Of a stretch of DNA of 64,000 nt, positions 28,369 through 39,329 are shown in pieces. The stretch is taken from the NCBI GenBank assembly GCA_902613545.1, contig CACMHW010000005.1, forward strand, positions 1,685-65,684, written 5' to 3'. The notes under the pieces were generated by a model. It saw only the letters and a list, made by a program, of their open reading frames with translations, made no database searches and was not told the origin of the DNA. Position numbers and translations under genes: made by a program. Within the stretch, counting starts at the first letter, position 1. Every line of letters starts with the position of its first letter. Source of the stretch: an uncultured Pelagibacteraceae bacterium (GTDB taxonomy: Bacteria > Pseudomonadota > Alphaproteobacteria > Pelagibacterales > Pelagibacteraceae).

Positions 28369-29268
28369 TTATTGAAAATACTTAAGACTTAAATAAACAA
28401 CAATAGGTATAGTTAAAAAAGACATTAACGTGGAAGTAACTATTACGCTAGCAATACTATCGACTACCCTTTTCTCTGAATACATTGATCCTACCAAGTA
28501 AGTTAGGATAGCACTAGGCATTGCAGATTGTATCAAAAGAACTCCAGCAGCCAATCCAGAAAGATTTAAATATTTAATTAAAGAAAATCCAATTACAGGA
28601 CCAATTACAATTCTAATAACGCTTAAAACAGATGCATTTAACCATGAAACAACTTTTAGCTTTGTTAATGCTATGCCTAAGGACATAAGAACTAGAAATA
28701 TCGTAGCGTAGGTTAATAAAAACGTAGTATTCACTACAAAACCAGGAACCTCCCAATCAAAATATAAAACTAATACGGCCGCTATTATTCCGTAAATAGG
28801 CATATTAGTGATTAATATTTTCAGTGAAAAACTTTTTTTAGCTAAAAGCACTCCTAACGTAAAGTGAAGTAAGATAATTACTGATGCTATTGCCGAGGCT
28901 ATACCTAGACCCTCAGTGCCGTATGCAAATAAGCAAATGGGTATACCCATATTGCCGGTGTTTGGTAATATTAATGGAGGAAGTTCACTTACTACGTCCT
29001 TTTTCATTAAAGCAAGAACAATTACACCTACTAATGCAAAACCTCCAATAATAATCAAAGCGTAAATAAAATATTCTATAAAAATTTCTAAAGTTACACC
29101 CGTTGAAGTAATAGTATAAAAAATCATAGCTGGGGTACCAACATTGCCAGCTAAAGTAGTTATAAAATCTGTATTAAAATTAGGATCTTTTTTTCCAAGG
29201 TAATAGCCTATCCCGATAACAAAAAAGACAGGAAGTATAACGTCTATAAGTTTTATGTAGAGTTCCAT
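28369..29268 (-). CDS. AEC-family (auxin efflux carrier-like) transporter
   Basis: About 10 TM segments, PNTGNMGIP, QSAMPSA. Confidence 0.85.
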   Translation of the reverse strand: MELYIKLIDVILPVFFVIGIGYYLGKKDPNFNTDFITTLAGNVGTPAMIFYTITSTGVTLEIFIEYFIYALIIIGGFALVGVIVLALMKKDVVSELPPLILPNTGNMGIPICLFAYGTEGLGIASAIASVIILLHFTLGVLLAKKSFSLKILITNMPIYGIIAAVLVLYFDWEVPGFVVNTTFLLTYATIFLVLMSLGIALTKLKVVSWLNASVLSVIRIVIGPVIGFSLIKYLNLSGLAAGVLLIQSAMPSAILTYLVGSMYSEKRVVDSIASVIVTSTLMSFLTIPIVVYLSLKYFQ

Positions 29269-30275
29269 TAAACTCTTACATCAGATTTTCTAGGTTTTCT
29301 CAACTTATTAGTATTATAATTAATAGCAGTTTCAAACTCCATTAATCGTTTATGAATAGATCTTAATTCTGTGATTCTTGTCCAATTATATAAAAATACA
29401 GAAAATGCATCTTTTACCTCACCGAATGCATTTACTACTTGCATCATTACACCCAAAGTGAACGCTGCTGTAAATAGTCCCGGGGCCATTATCAGGAATG
29501 GAACGATTACAAATAATTGTCTGTACCATATAGCCCAAAGATCGAAATAACCATAATGTAAAAATAATTTATGATAATTAAATTTTATACCAGTAAATAA
29601 CTGCAAAATAGTTGGAGCTTGAACATAATTTTTTCTATCATCTTCACCATAAACTAATTCTTTTCTGAAAGCTGCTTCAACCTTTTGATTATTGTATTCT
29701 AAACCTGGTAATTTAATACCTACGAGCCAACTGATTAATATACCGCCTAAACTGAGAATTAAGGCCACCCAAACTAAAGATCCAGAAACATCACCTAAAA
29801 ATGGTACCGTTACATTAGATGAGAGCACCCATAGTATTGGAATAAACGCAATTAAGGTCATTATCGCTTTAACAACTTGTAAACCAATAGACTCCACTAT
29901 TTTGGCAAAGTTCATACAATCCTCTTGAATTCGTTGAGATGAACCTTCGACTTTAGCCTCTGTGGCCCTCCAGTAAGGCATATATGAAAAAGTAATAGCT
30001 TCTCTCCATCTAAAAGCCCACAATCTTGTAAACCAATTAGTAAATGCAAATAGAGTCACATAAGGTAATGCAATATATAAAAACTTTTTTATAGACTGCC
30101 AAAATTCTGAAATATCCCTCTTCTCTGCTGTCTGAAGAATATCGTAAAAATCTTTGTACCAACTATTAAACAAAACATCTAAATAAGTCTGTAGAACTAG
30201 TAGAGTTATAATAAAAAAACCTCCGCCATACGACCAATAAAACCACTTTTTATCTTTAAAAAAACTTCGCCACAT
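29268..30275 (-). CDS. SbmA/BacA-family peptide transporter
   Basis: FRWR, EGSSQRIQED, GIKLPGLEYNNQKVEAAFRKELVYGED. Confidence 0.92.
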   Translation of the reverse strand: MWRSFFKDKKWFYWSYGGGFFIITLLVLQTYLDVLFNSWYKDFYDILQTAEKRDISEFWQSIKKFLYIALPYVTLFAFTNWFTRLWAFRWREAITFSYMPYWRATEAKVEGSSQRIQEDCMNFAKIVESIGLQVVKAIMTLIAFIPILWVLSSNVTVPFLGDVSGSLVWVALILSLGGILISWLVGIKLPGLEYNNQKVEAAFRKELVYGEDDRKNYVQAPTILQLFTGIKFNYHKLFLHYGYFDLWAIWYRQLFVIVPFLIMAPGLFTAAFTLGVMMQVVNAFGEVKDAFSVFLYNWTRITELRSIHKRLMEFETAINYNTNKLRKPRKSDVRV

Positions 30276-30280
30276 ATATA

Positions 30281-30562
30281 TTATTCAAGGAAATTGTCTG
30301 CATAAGATTTTATAACAAATTTCTTTTTTTTAGGTTCAATAACTTTATAGGAAATATTGTTTTTTTTTGCGTACTCTATTGCTTTTTCTTTAGATGAAAA
30401 TTTTAATAGAACTTCTTCCATTGTATCTGTAGAAGTCTCCCAACCCATCAAAGGATTGATTGACGGATCCTTAGTTTCGAATTCTAGAACCCAGTCTTTA
30501 ATTTTGCCTCTACCTGATTGCATCGCTGTTTTAGTAGGTATGTAAATTTTTGCTTTTTTCAT
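30281..30562 (-). CDS. ETC complex I accessory subunit (NDUFS4-like)
   Basis: IYIPTKTAMQSG, NPLMGW, SYADNF. Confidence 0.92.
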   Translation of the reverse strand: MKKAKIYIPTKTAMQSGRGKIKDWVLEFETKDPSINPLMGWETSTDTMEEVLLKFSSKEKAIEYAKKNNISYKVIEPKKKKFVIKSYADNFLE

Positions 30563-30567
30563 AATAT

Positions 30568-30644
<77 letters not shown>

Positions 30645-30717
30645 ATTGTATGTTTTATAGGTTAAATATAGCTTTTTGGCAATTGAAAGATGGTCTCTAT
30701 ACAAGTAAATAATATAT

Positions 30718-31890
30718 ATGATCCAACACATTACAAAACCATTTAGATATTTTTTTAAACTTGAGGCAGCTTCTGGGTTGGTTTTGTTATTTGCTGCAAT
30801 ACTAGCACTTATAATTAGTAATGGTAGTTTAAGTGAAACTTATTTTTCTACCTTAGAAAAATATATCATATTTGGCACTAAAGAGTTCGGTCTTAAACTG
30901 AGCGTTCTTCATTGGATTAATGACGTTCTAATGGCTGTATTTTTCTTTTTTGTTTCATTAGAAATAAAAAGAGAATTTATTCAAGGTGAATTATCTAATC
31001 CAAAACAAGCTTTGCTACCTATCATAGGTGCAGTCGGAGGGATGGCGGTTCCAGCATTATTTTATATTGTTGTAAATTATTCTGATAGTACGACATTAAA
31101 CGGCTGGGCTATACCGTCAGCTACAGATATTGCTTTTTCTCTAGGAGTTTTATCTTTGCTTGGCAAAAGAGTTCCAATATCGCTTAAAGTTTTTTTGACT
31201 GCGCTAGCAATTATAGATGATTTAGGTGCAATTGTTATTATTGCCTTTTTTTATTCCGACAATATTGAAGCCAAATACTTAGTTCTAATGTTATTATCTT
31301 TAATTATTTTAATAGGACTAAATAAATATAAAATAAAAAGCTTTATACCTTTTTTAATTGTAGGAGTCTTTTTGTGGGATTTTACACATCAATCTGGAAT
31401 ACATGCAACAATTGCAGGTGTTTTATTGGCATTAACAATTCCTCATTCAAAAAATAAGAGCAAGGTATCAATGCTTCTTAAATTAGAACATGGTCTATCC
31501 CCATATGTAGCTTTTGGAATAATGCCACTTTTTGCTTTTGCAAACGCCGGGGTTTCTCTTGAAGGTCTTACTTTTGACGCTTTACTCAATCCTGTGCCTC
31601 TTGGAATAGTTTTAGGTTTATTTTTTGGAAAGCAAATTGGCGTTTTTGCCCTATCCTACTTAGCGGTTAAATTTAAATTCGCTGATAAACCATCTGGTTC
31701 AACTTGGTTAGCGCTATATGGAGTTTCAATATTAACAGGGATAGGTTTTACAATGAGTTTATTTGTTGGAAATTTAGCTTTTGTAAATAATTTAGAATAT
31801 ATGGATGGAGTAAAAATTGGAGTGTTAACAGGCTCACTTCTTTCTACACTATTTGGATATTTCTTGTTGTTATTATCTTCTAAGAAATGA
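30718..31890 (+). CDS. nhaA: Na+/H+ antiporter NhaA
   Basis: HWINDVLM, LEIKRE, ATDIAF, LAIIDDLG, GIGFTMSLF. Confidence 0.96.
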   Translation: MIQHITKPFRYFFKLEAASGLVLLFAAILALIISNGSLSETYFSTLEKYIIFGTKEFGLKLSVLHWINDVLMAVFFFFVSLEIKREFIQGELSNPKQALLPIIGAVGGMAVPALFYIVVNYSDSTTLNGWAIPSATDIAFSLGVLSLLGKRVPISLKVFLTALAIIDDLGAIVIIAFFYSDNIEAKYLVLMLLSLIILIGLNKYKIKSFIPFLIVGVFLWDFTHQSGIHATIAGVLLALTIPHSKNKSKVSMLLKLEHGLSPYVAFGIMPLFAFANAGVSLEGLTFDALLNPVPLGIVLGLFFGKQIGVFALSYLAVKFKFADKPSGSTWLALYGVSILTGIGFTMSLFVGNLAFVNNLEYMDGVKIGVLTGSLLSTLFGYFLLLLSSKK

Positions 31891-32288
31891 TCAATAAAGA
31901 AATTATTAAATTAGCTTCTGATACTTCAAATGTAGGTCTAAGAAACAAATATTCACACAAAATATCCTTAAAAAACTCGACGTGTGGAGACAAAATTACC
32001 TTAGAATTAATAGCAAATAATAAAAGGATAAGTTCAATGAAGTACGAAACTGTATCTTGTGTTTATTGTGAGGCATCTGCAAGTCTTCTATCGAGAAAGA
32101 TAAAAGATATAAGATTAGAAGATATCAAAAATGATTTTATAGCTTTAAAAAAAATATCAATGAAAAAAAATGGAAAAGTTCCAAAAAAATTATCTGATTT
32201 CAAAAAATTGATAAATAGCGACAATTTTAATAGATTTAAATGTGTATTTTTACCAATGGATGCAGTATTAAAAGCTCTTAAACTATGA
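31887..32288 (+). CDS. IscU/SufU-like Fe-S scaffold domain protein
   Basis: NSTCGDKI, CVYCEASAS, RFKCVFLP. Confidence 0.75.
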   Translation: MINKEIIKLASDTSNVGLRNKYSHKISLKNSTCGDKITLELIANNKRISSMKYETVSCVYCEASASLLSRKIKDIRLEDIKNDFIALKKISMKKNGKVPKKLSDFKKLINSDNFNRFKCVFLPMDAVLKALKL

Positions 32289-32821
32289 AAAAAATATTAA
32301 TTATTCTATTTATGTTCAGTTTTTTTTCAAAAGTTACAGCCGGAAGCAATGGTACTGCTTATGATTATGAATTTAGTAACATAGATGGAAATTTAATCAA
32401 ATTAAGTCAGTTTAAAGGGAAAGTCGTAGTAGTAGTGAATGTTGCTAGTAGATGTGGCTATACTCCTCAATACGAAGATCTTCAAACATTATGGTCTGAA
32501 TATAAAAGTAAAAATTTAGTTGTTTTAGGTATTCCAACTAATAACTTCAGACAAGAGCCAGGTTCAAATAAAGAAATTAAAGATTTTTGTGACACAAACT
32601 TTGGAATTACATTTCCAATGACAGAAAAAACTGATGTTATAGGCACCAATTCACATCCATTTTATAAATGGGCAAGAAAAGACTATGGTATTGGTGCAAT
32701 ACCGAAGTGGAATTTCCATAAAATAATAATTGGGAAAGATGGTAAAGTAGCTACCACCTTTTCGTCAATCACAAGTCCTTCATCAAAAAAATTTATAAAT
32801 ACTATTGAAAAATTAATCTAA
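32285..32821 (+). CDS. Glutathione peroxidase family protein with signal peptide
   Basis: VNVASRCGYT, QEPG, KWNFHK. Confidence 0.93.
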   Translation: MKKILIILFMFSFFSKVTAGSNGTAYDYEFSNIDGNLIKLSQFKGKVVVVVNVASRCGYTPQYEDLQTLWSEYKSKNLVVLGIPTNNFRQEPGSNKEIKDFCDTNFGITFPMTEKTDVIGTNSHPFYKWARKDYGIGAIPKWNFHKIIIGKDGKVATTFSSITSPSSKKFINTIEKLI

Positions 32822-33585
32822 AAATTAAAACAAAGCCCGTCATAAGCCGGGATTATATTTTTCGGAAGTCTTCTTTTTAAGTCGGAATAATCTAAATCAA
32901 CATGTAAATTTGTTAGAATTGCTTTTTTTGGACTCGTTATCTGAATAAGATCGATAGCTTGGCTAAAATTAAAGTGAGAGGGATGCTCTCTTTTCCTCAA
33001 ACAATCAATAATTAAATAATCTAAATTTTTAAGTAATTTTAAATCTTTTTTATAAATACCACTACAATCACTGATGTATGCTATTTTATCAAAAATATAT
33101 GCTCTAGATTTAATCTTACCATGTTTGACATCGAAAGATTTAAAGGAAATACTAGTCTTACCTTTTTTAATTATGAATTTATTTTTAATAATTTTAGCAC
33201 TCATAATTGGCTTATAATCAAATACTTGTTGGAAACAAAATTTATATTTTTTTTTCAAAATATTAATTGTTCTGTAGGTTCCATATATCGGTATTCTCTT
33301 TTGATTTTTCCAGAAAAATGGTCTCATTTCAAAAATACCAGAAGTTTGATCAGAATGTTCATGTGTGTATATTATTGCATCTAATGAAGTGATCTTATTT
33401 TTTATAAATTGATGTCTTACATCTGGAGATGTATCAATAATTACGGATAAATCTTTTTTTTTTATATGTGCACAACATCTAGTTCTTATATTTTTGATAT
33501 TATTTGACAGTTTACCTTTATAATTTGTGATCCAAGGTGACCCTAGCGAACTTCCACACCCTAAAATAGTAAATTTATTTTTCAA
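32818..33585 (-). CDS. MBL-fold metallo-hydrolase (PhnP-like)
   Basis: ILGCGSSLG, IDTSPD, THEHSDQ, HPSHF, AYDG. Confidence 0.88.
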   Translation of the reverse strand: MKNKFTILGCGSSLGSPWITNYKGKLSNNIKNIRTRCCAHIKKKDLSVIIDTSPDVRHQFIKNKITSLDAIIYTHEHSDQTSGIFEMRPFFWKNQKRIPIYGTYRTINILKKKYKFCFQQVFDYKPIMSAKIIKNKFIIKKGKTSISFKSFDVKHGKIKSRAYIFDKIAYISDCSGIYKKDLKLLKNLDYLIIDCLRKREHPSHFNFSQAIDLIQITSPKKAILTNLHVDLDYSDLKRRLPKNIIPAYDGLCFNF

Positions 33586-34358
33586 TTTAATTTACCAAAA
33601 AGTTTAAAAAAATTATTTGAGGTAATTTTACTAAATTCTTTAAAGGAAATTTTTTTTAAGTCAGATAAAAATTTTACTGTATGAATGATAAAGCTTGGTT
33701 CATTAGATTTTCCTCTTAGAGGGACAGGAGCAAGATAAGGTGAATCGGTTTCTACTAAAATTTTATCATTTGGAATGTCTTGGAAAGTTAATGCAAGGTC
33801 TTTTGATTTTTTAAAAGTTACTACTCCACTAGCTGATATAAATGCTCCCAAATCTAATAATTTAAAAGCAAAATCTCGCGACCCGGTAAAACAATGTATC
33901 AAAAATTTAAAATCTTTTTCAATTTTTCTTCTTTTAATAATTTCTAAAGTATCTTTTTCAGCAGATCTTGTGTGTATTATTAGTGGTAACTGAGTATTTT
34001 GCGCTGCAGTAATATGTTCTTCAAAAATAGATATTTGGTTAGATTTATCTGAATGATTATAAAAAAAATCTAAGCCTGTTTCACCAATGCCTATAATTTT
34101 TTTATTTAGCTTAACTTTATCTATAATTTCCTTGGAATTTATTTTTTTGTGTAGGTTTGCTTCATGAGGATGAATGCCATATGTGCCATATACGCTTTTG
34201 TATCTTGAAATAATATTTAAAATTTTTTCATAGCTTTTGTCTTCTGTCGAGATTGTAAGCATATATTTTACTCCATCTTTATTGGCTCTATCTATAGTAT
34301 CTCTAAGATTAAGAGACATTGGTTCGTAAGTTAGGTGGCAGTGTGAATCAATTATCAT
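33582..34358 (-). CDS. tatD: TatD-family DNase
   Basis: DSHCHL, GIHPH, GETGLD, HCFTG, ETDSPYLAP. Confidence 0.93.
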   Translation of the reverse strand: MIIDSHCHLTYEPMSLNLRDTIDRANKDGVKYMLTISTEDKSYEKILNIISRYKSVYGTYGIHPHEANLHKKINSKEIIDKVKLNKKIIGIGETGLDFFYNHSDKSNQISIFEEHITAAQNTQLPLIIHTRSAEKDTLEIIKRRKIEKDFKFLIHCFTGSRDFAFKLLDLGAFISASGVVTFKKSKDLALTFQDIPNDKILVETDSPYLAPVPLRGKSNEPSFIIHTVKFLSDLKKISFKEFSKITSNNFFKLFGKLN

Positions 34359-35889
34359 TTTCTATTTTTTTAAAAAGTATTTCTAAATTTTTTAATTCTT
34401 TATCATGATTTAGAACATCTTTATTAATAATACTTTTAATTGATATATCATCTATTGATAAATTCATTGAAGTTAATACTTTTCCAGTGGCAATAGGGAT
34501 TATTGGATTTAATAAGATAGATAAATTTTTTATTTGTTCTAAAATTGTAAATAAAATACTTTTCATTCGTTCTGGGTCTTTTTTTTTAACACTCCATGGT
34601 TCTGAGTCGTTAAAATATTTGTTTGCGTCGAAAGAATACCCGACAACTGCTTTTATATATTCATTCAGATTTTGTTTGTTCATTGCTTCAATAAGATTTT
34701 TAATATTTCCTTTCAAATCGTTAAGAAGTTTTTCATCTTTTGAATCAAGTTTATTTGCTTTAGGAATTTTATTATCACAGTTTTTTTTTACGAAAGTGAA
34801 GACCCTTTGACATAAATTTCCAAAATTATTTGCCAAATCATTGTTGATACAATTTTTTAAATTTTCCAAAGAGATACTTCCATCATTTCCTAGAGAAACT
34901 TCTTTAACTAAATAATATCTGAGTTGATCAATTCCATATTTATTTATAATTTCAATCGGATCTAAAATATTTCCCAAAGATTTAGACATTTTTTTTTGAT
35001 CGGATAAAATCCAACCATGTCCAAAAACTCTTTTTGGTAAAGGCAGATTTGCAGCAAGTAAAAAAGCTGGCCAATAGATTGCATGGAATCTTAATATATC
35101 TTTTCCAATTATGTGAACGTCAGCTGGCCAAAACATCTTATATTTTTTGTCGTTTGTATCTGGAAAATTTAGTGCACTTATATAATTTGTTAAAGCATCA
35201 AGCCACACATATATTATATGTTTTTTATTATTAGGAACAGATATTCCCCATGAAAAGGATGTTCTACTTATAGAGAGATCTTTGAGACCTTTTTCAACAA
35301 AATTTATTACTTCATTTTTTCTTGAAACAGGAAGTATAAATTCTTTATTATTTTTGTAGTGCTCTAAAAGTTTTTTAGTCCATGACGATAATCTAAAAAA
35401 ATATGACTCTTCTTCCACCCACTCTACTAATGATCCTGAGATTTTTGAAATTTTTTTACCTTCTTTTACCTCAATCTCATCTTCATCATAAAAGGCCTCA
35501 TCAGAAACTGAATACCAACCACTGTATTTATCTAAATAAATGTCACCTGATTTAACCAATTTTTTCCATAATTCATTAACAGATTTAGAATGTCTTTTTT
35601 CTGAAGTTCTAATGAAATCATCATTTGATAAATTTAAAATTTTAGTTAATGATCTAAATTTATCTGACAATTCATCACAAAATATTTTAGGATCTTTGTT
35701 GTTTTTTTCTGCTTCTTTTTGAATTTTTTGACCATGTTCATCTGTGCCAGTCAAAAATAGAACATTATAGCCTTCTATTCTTTTAAAACGTGCAAAAATA
35801 TCAGCAATAATACTTGAGTATGCATGTCCCATATGTGGTTTACCTGATGGGTAATAAATTGGAGTAGTAATATAAAAATTTTTATTCAT
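34348..35889 (-). CDS. metG: Methionine--tRNA ligase (short form)
   Basis: ITTPIYY, HMGH, GTDEHG, KMSKS. Confidence 0.97.
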   Translation of the reverse strand: MNKNFYITTPIYYPSGKPHMGHAYSSIIADIFARFKRIEGYNVLFLTGTDEHGQKIQKEAEKNNKDPKIFCDELSDKFRSLTKILNLSNDDFIRTSEKRHSKSVNELWKKLVKSGDIYLDKYSGWYSVSDEAFYDEDEIEVKEGKKISKISGSLVEWVEEESYFFRLSSWTKKLLEHYKNNKEFILPVSRKNEVINFVEKGLKDLSISRTSFSWGISVPNNKKHIIYVWLDALTNYISALNFPDTNDKKYKMFWPADVHIIGKDILRFHAIYWPAFLLAANLPLPKRVFGHGWILSDQKKMSKSLGNILDPIEIINKYGIDQLRYYLVKEVSLGNDGSISLENLKNCINNDLANNFGNLCQRVFTFVKKNCDNKIPKANKLDSKDEKLLNDLKGNIKNLIEAMNKQNLNEYIKAVVGYSFDANKYFNDSEPWSVKKKDPERMKSILFTILEQIKNLSILLNPIIPIATGKVLTSMNLSIDDISIKSIINKDVLNHDKELKNLEILFKKIENDN

Positions 35890-36817
35890 TTGAGATATTA
35901 TTTTCTATTGATTGCAAAAACGAGTTTTGGCTTAAGTTATAAAAAAAAAAGTCATTTATATTTTTAAGCAAAAAATTTCTCTTTTCAATAATTTTAAATT
36001 TATCGACATTGTTATAAATATTAATTGTTTTAAAATAATACTCAGTGAAAAATATTAATAGATCTTTATATAAAATATTTTTGTCCTTCTTATAAAGATT
36101 TAAAATAAGATTAATATTATCAATAAATTTGTCATCTGGATTAATCTTATTTTCATTAAAAATATGATTAAATTTAATATAATTACCAGGTGAAGTATCA
36201 ATCAAATCTGTTTTTAGAATTTTTTGTTGATTAAAGATATTAATCAAATGATTAATAGCAATTCTTTTTTTTTCAGAATTTAAATTAATGTAAAACTCTA
36301 TACATCTTGATTTAATTGTTTCTAACAAAGGTTTAGATTTATTGTATACCAGAATAAAATAATTATCAGGACCAGGTTCTTCTATGACTTTTAAAAGTGC
36401 ATTCATACTATTAAGATTAAACATTTCAACATTATCTAGAATTACAAATCTTTTATTATCGATCATTGACTTTTTTATTAATAAATTTTTTATATTACGA
36501 ATATCATCAATTTTGACACTTTTAAAATCTGTGCCAGATAAATATATAATATTTGGGTAAATGTTATCTAAATATTGCGATAAAAAAGAGGAATTATTCA
36601 AAATTAAATTTTTTTCTTCATCATAATTAGATTTATCAAAAAAAGAATTCATCAAATGAGATATTAAAGTTAATTTCCCTATGCCTTTAGTTCCAGTAAA
36701 TAAGGAGACTTTTGGTAGTTTATTGGTATTTATTAAATTTTTAAAAAATTTAAAATACTCATCAAAACAGATTAATTGTTTAGTTTTTCTTGGATCAAAG
36801 AATTCTGAAATATTCAT
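35882..36817 (-). CDS. holB: DNA polymerase III subunit delta' (divergent)
   Basis: GTKGIGK, NALLKVIEEP, TIKSRC; tmk-holB-metG synteny. Confidence 0.85.
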   Translation of the reverse strand: MNISEFFDPRKTKQLICFDEYFKFFKNLINTNKLPKVSLFTGTKGIGKLTLISHLMNSFFDKSNYDEEKNLILNNSSFLSQYLDNIYPNIIYLSGTDFKSVKIDDIRNIKNLLIKKSMIDNKRFVILDNVEMFNLNSMNALLKVIEEPGPDNYFILVYNKSKPLLETIKSRCIEFYINLNSEKKRIAINHLINIFNQQKILKTDLIDTSPGNYIKFNHIFNENKINPDDKFIDNINLILNLYKKDKNILYKDLLIFFTEYYFKTINIYNNVDKFKIIEKRNFLLKNINDFFFYNLSQNSFLQSIENNISNE

Positions 36818-37464
36818 TTTATTTTTAAATATTTAGATGTTATATCGAAAATTTTTTTTTCTAAAGAATTATCATTTTTTGAAGCATCTAATATAAAATA
36901 ATTTTTTTTATTTTTTGCAATTTTTAAAAAAGAATTTTGAACTTTTTTATAAAAAGACTGAGGGAAATTATCGTATCTATTCTTTGTTTTACGTTTTAGT
37001 AATCTTTTTTTTGAAGACTTTGATGATACTTTCAAAACAAAGGTTAAGTTGGGCTTTAATCCTCCTAAAATAACGCTGTGAATATTATCTATAAATAATT
37101 TACTAATTTTTTTTCCATAAACTTGATACGCGATAGTGGAGTCTATAAACCTATCGCAAATAACAATTTTTTTCTTTTGTAAGGCTGGTTTTATTTTTGT
37201 TTTAACGTGCTCATTACGAGCGGCTAAATAAAGGAGCGTATCAGTGTATTTATCAAATTTATCTTTTTTTGATTTTTTGAAATAATCATGAAGTATCAAG
37301 TTTCTTATGAGTTCTGCGCTCTTTGTACCTCCAGGTTCACGAGTTAACAAAGTCTGAAATTTATACTTCTGTAATTTTTTAAATAATTTCTTGCTTTGGA
37401 AAGACTTTCCACAACCTTCAACTCCTTCAAACACAATAAAAAAAGGTCTTTTTTTATACATCAC
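36814..37464 (-). CDS. tmk: Thymidylate kinase
   Basis: FEGVEGCGKS, TREPGG, CDRFIDSTIAYQ. Confidence 0.96.
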   Translation of the reverse strand: MMYKKRPFFIVFEGVEGCGKSFQSKKLFKKLQKYKFQTLLTREPGGTKSAELIRNLILHDYFKKSKKDKFDKYTDTLLYLAARNEHVKTKIKPALQKKKIVICDRFIDSTIAYQVYGKKISKLFIDNIHSVILGGLKPNLTFVLKVSSKSSKKRLLKRKTKNRYDNFPQSFYKKVQNSFLKIAKNKKNYFILDASKNDNSLEKKIFDITSKYLKIK

Positions 37465-38602
37465 CCCAAATTAAATAATTAATAGAGGTTATTAAACTTT
37501 TGAAAAAATTTACTTTTTTTAAATCTTCATGGGCAAACAAAGGTAATGTCTTTATTTTTTCATCTTTATTAAAAACAATTAATTCTGCAATTTTTTCTCC
37601 CTTTTGGACTGGTGCAACTATAGGGCCCTCATATTTTAAAATAACCTTTAAATTTCTTATATCTTTTTTATTTATTGTTAAATAATAATCTTCTTTTGTG
37701 ACAGCCTGAATCTTATTTTTTTTTCCTAACCATGTATCCAATTCAAATTTAGAAATATCTTTCTTGGAAATCTCAAAAGTATTTGTGTTTCTAAATCCCC
37801 AGTTTAATAATTTTAATGACTCTGAACTTCTTAAATTTTTTGTAGGGAACCCGGAAGCTACAGCAATTAATCTTCTATCTTTTTTTTTCATTGAACTAGC
37901 CAATGAATATTTTTCAACTGCTAAGTATCCAGTTTTAACTCCGTCAACACCAACATTTTTATATAATAAAGGATTTCTATTTCCTTGTTTAATTGGATCT
38001 CCACCTGTGCGATCCCAAGTAAAAGTTTTTTCTTTAAATAATTCATAGTAAGCAGGATAATTTTGGATTAAATATTTAGACATAATAGCAATATCTCTTA
38101 CTGTAGAAATATTATCAGGGTCATTAATACCTGAAGAATTTGTAAAATTACTAGATATCATACCTATTTCTTCAGCCTTTTCATTCATCATTTCAGCAAA
38201 GTTTTCCTCCGATCCAGCAATACCTTCTGCAAGCGCTACACAGGCATCGTTACCTGAAGCAACGATAATCCCCTTTAACAAATCTTCTACAGAAACTTGA
38301 TCATTAATCATAATGAACATGGAGGAATATCCGCTTTGAGACAGCCTCCATGCATTTTCAGAAACCACAAACATATCATCTAAACTAATTTTATTATTTT
38401 TTAAGAGATCAAAAGCAATAATAGAAGTCATTATTTTAGTCATTGAGGCAGGATAAATTTGTGCATCTGGGTCATTTTCAAATAAAATTTTATCAGAATT
38501 GTAGTCCATTAAAATTGCAGTTCGTGCATTAATGTTCGGATTAGCTTTTAAAGCACCTATTAATAAAAAATTAATTAGTAAGATTTTTAAAAATTTAATC
38601 AT
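37454..38602 (-). CDS. D-alanyl-D-alanine carboxypeptidase (PBP5/6 family)
   Basis: PASMTK (SxxK), SGN, KTG. Confidence 0.93.
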   Translation of the reverse strand: MIKFLKILLINFLLIGALKANPNINARTAILMDYNSDKILFENDPDAQIYPASMTKIMTSIIAFDLLKNNKISLDDMFVVSENAWRLSQSGYSSMFIMINDQVSVEDLLKGIIVASGNDACVALAEGIAGSEENFAEMMNEKAEEIGMISSNFTNSSGINDPDNISTVRDIAIMSKYLIQNYPAYYELFKEKTFTWDRTGGDPIKQGNRNPLLYKNVGVDGVKTGYLAVEKYSLASSMKKKDRRLIAVASGFPTKNLRSSESLKLLNWGFRNTNTFEISKKDISKFELDTWLGKKNKIQAVTKEDYYLTINKKDIRNLKVILKYEGPIVAPVQKGEKIAELIVFNKDEKIKTLPLFAHEDLKKVNFFKSLITSINYLIWGDV

Positions 38603-39329
38603 ATATATTTATATCTAATTCTTCGAAACCAAATCTTTTTAACTGAATGTAGTCATTTTTCATAAAATTAATAGTCTTATAAGGACCTGATATTAGGTTG
38701 ATTTCTTTATCATTTGTTTTTTTAATTTTTAATTTACTAACATTATAATTAGGTAATTCTTTGATGATTCTATCTTTAAGGAATTTAACAGTATCTATTG
38801 AATAAAAACTTCCTATCAAAATAAAAAATTCATCTTTTAAATCTTTACTTTTAATTTTTGGGTTTTTAGAGATATTTGATATTTGTACAGATGTAACAGG
38901 CGCATTTGAAGAAATTTTTTTCTCTTCATTGAAAATTTTTGCTTTCTTAGCAACAAAAGACTTGTTCTTTTTAATTTCTAAAATTTCTACAAATGGAAGA
39001 TCCGTTCTTAAATTTAATTTTTCAGCTACTTTTTTTGAAACCATAATTTTATAAAAATCAGGATAATTAACTTTTTTAAGATTTTTAATTGATATGGACA
39101 AATTGGTTTTTGGATTAATAATCTTAATCAATGTATTTGGTGCAAGATATTTATGAGAAACTTGTAGCTCATCATTATTTAATTTTCCCTTTATAAATTT
39201 GTTTTCATAATCTTCTTGATTATAAATATAGGCAAAACCTTTTGCGGTATATGGTGACCTATTTTCTAGTTTAGTAGTATTCGTGGTGCATGAAACCAAA
39301 AAAAAAATTATTATTAGTTTAAATTTCAT
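38595..39329 (-). CDS. RlpA-like lipoprotein with C-terminal SPOR-like domain (divergent)
   Basis: Lipobox LVSC; HK.L..NT.IKI.N pattern; IGSF...GPY; sits in the usual rlpA position between mltB-like and dac genes. Confidence 0.65.
   Translation of the reverse strand: MKFKLIIIFFLVSCTTNTTKLENRSPYTAKGFAYIYNQEDYENKFIKGKLNNDELQVSHKYLAPNTLIKIINPKTNLSISIKNLKKVNYPDFYKIMVSKKVAEKLNLRTDLPFVEILEIKKNKSFVAKKAKIFNEEKKISSNAPVTSVQISNISKNPKIKSKDLKDEFFILIGSFYSIDTVKFLKDRIIKELPNYNVSKLKIKKTNDKEINLISGPYKTINFMKNDYIQLKRFGFEELDINIYD

Noticed and set aside
28348-28375. Canonical dif site (ACTTAACATAA resembles a XerD arm)
   Set aside because: Only one arm matches (10/11); the partner arm is poor and overlaps a stop codon; likely chance in AT-rich DNA
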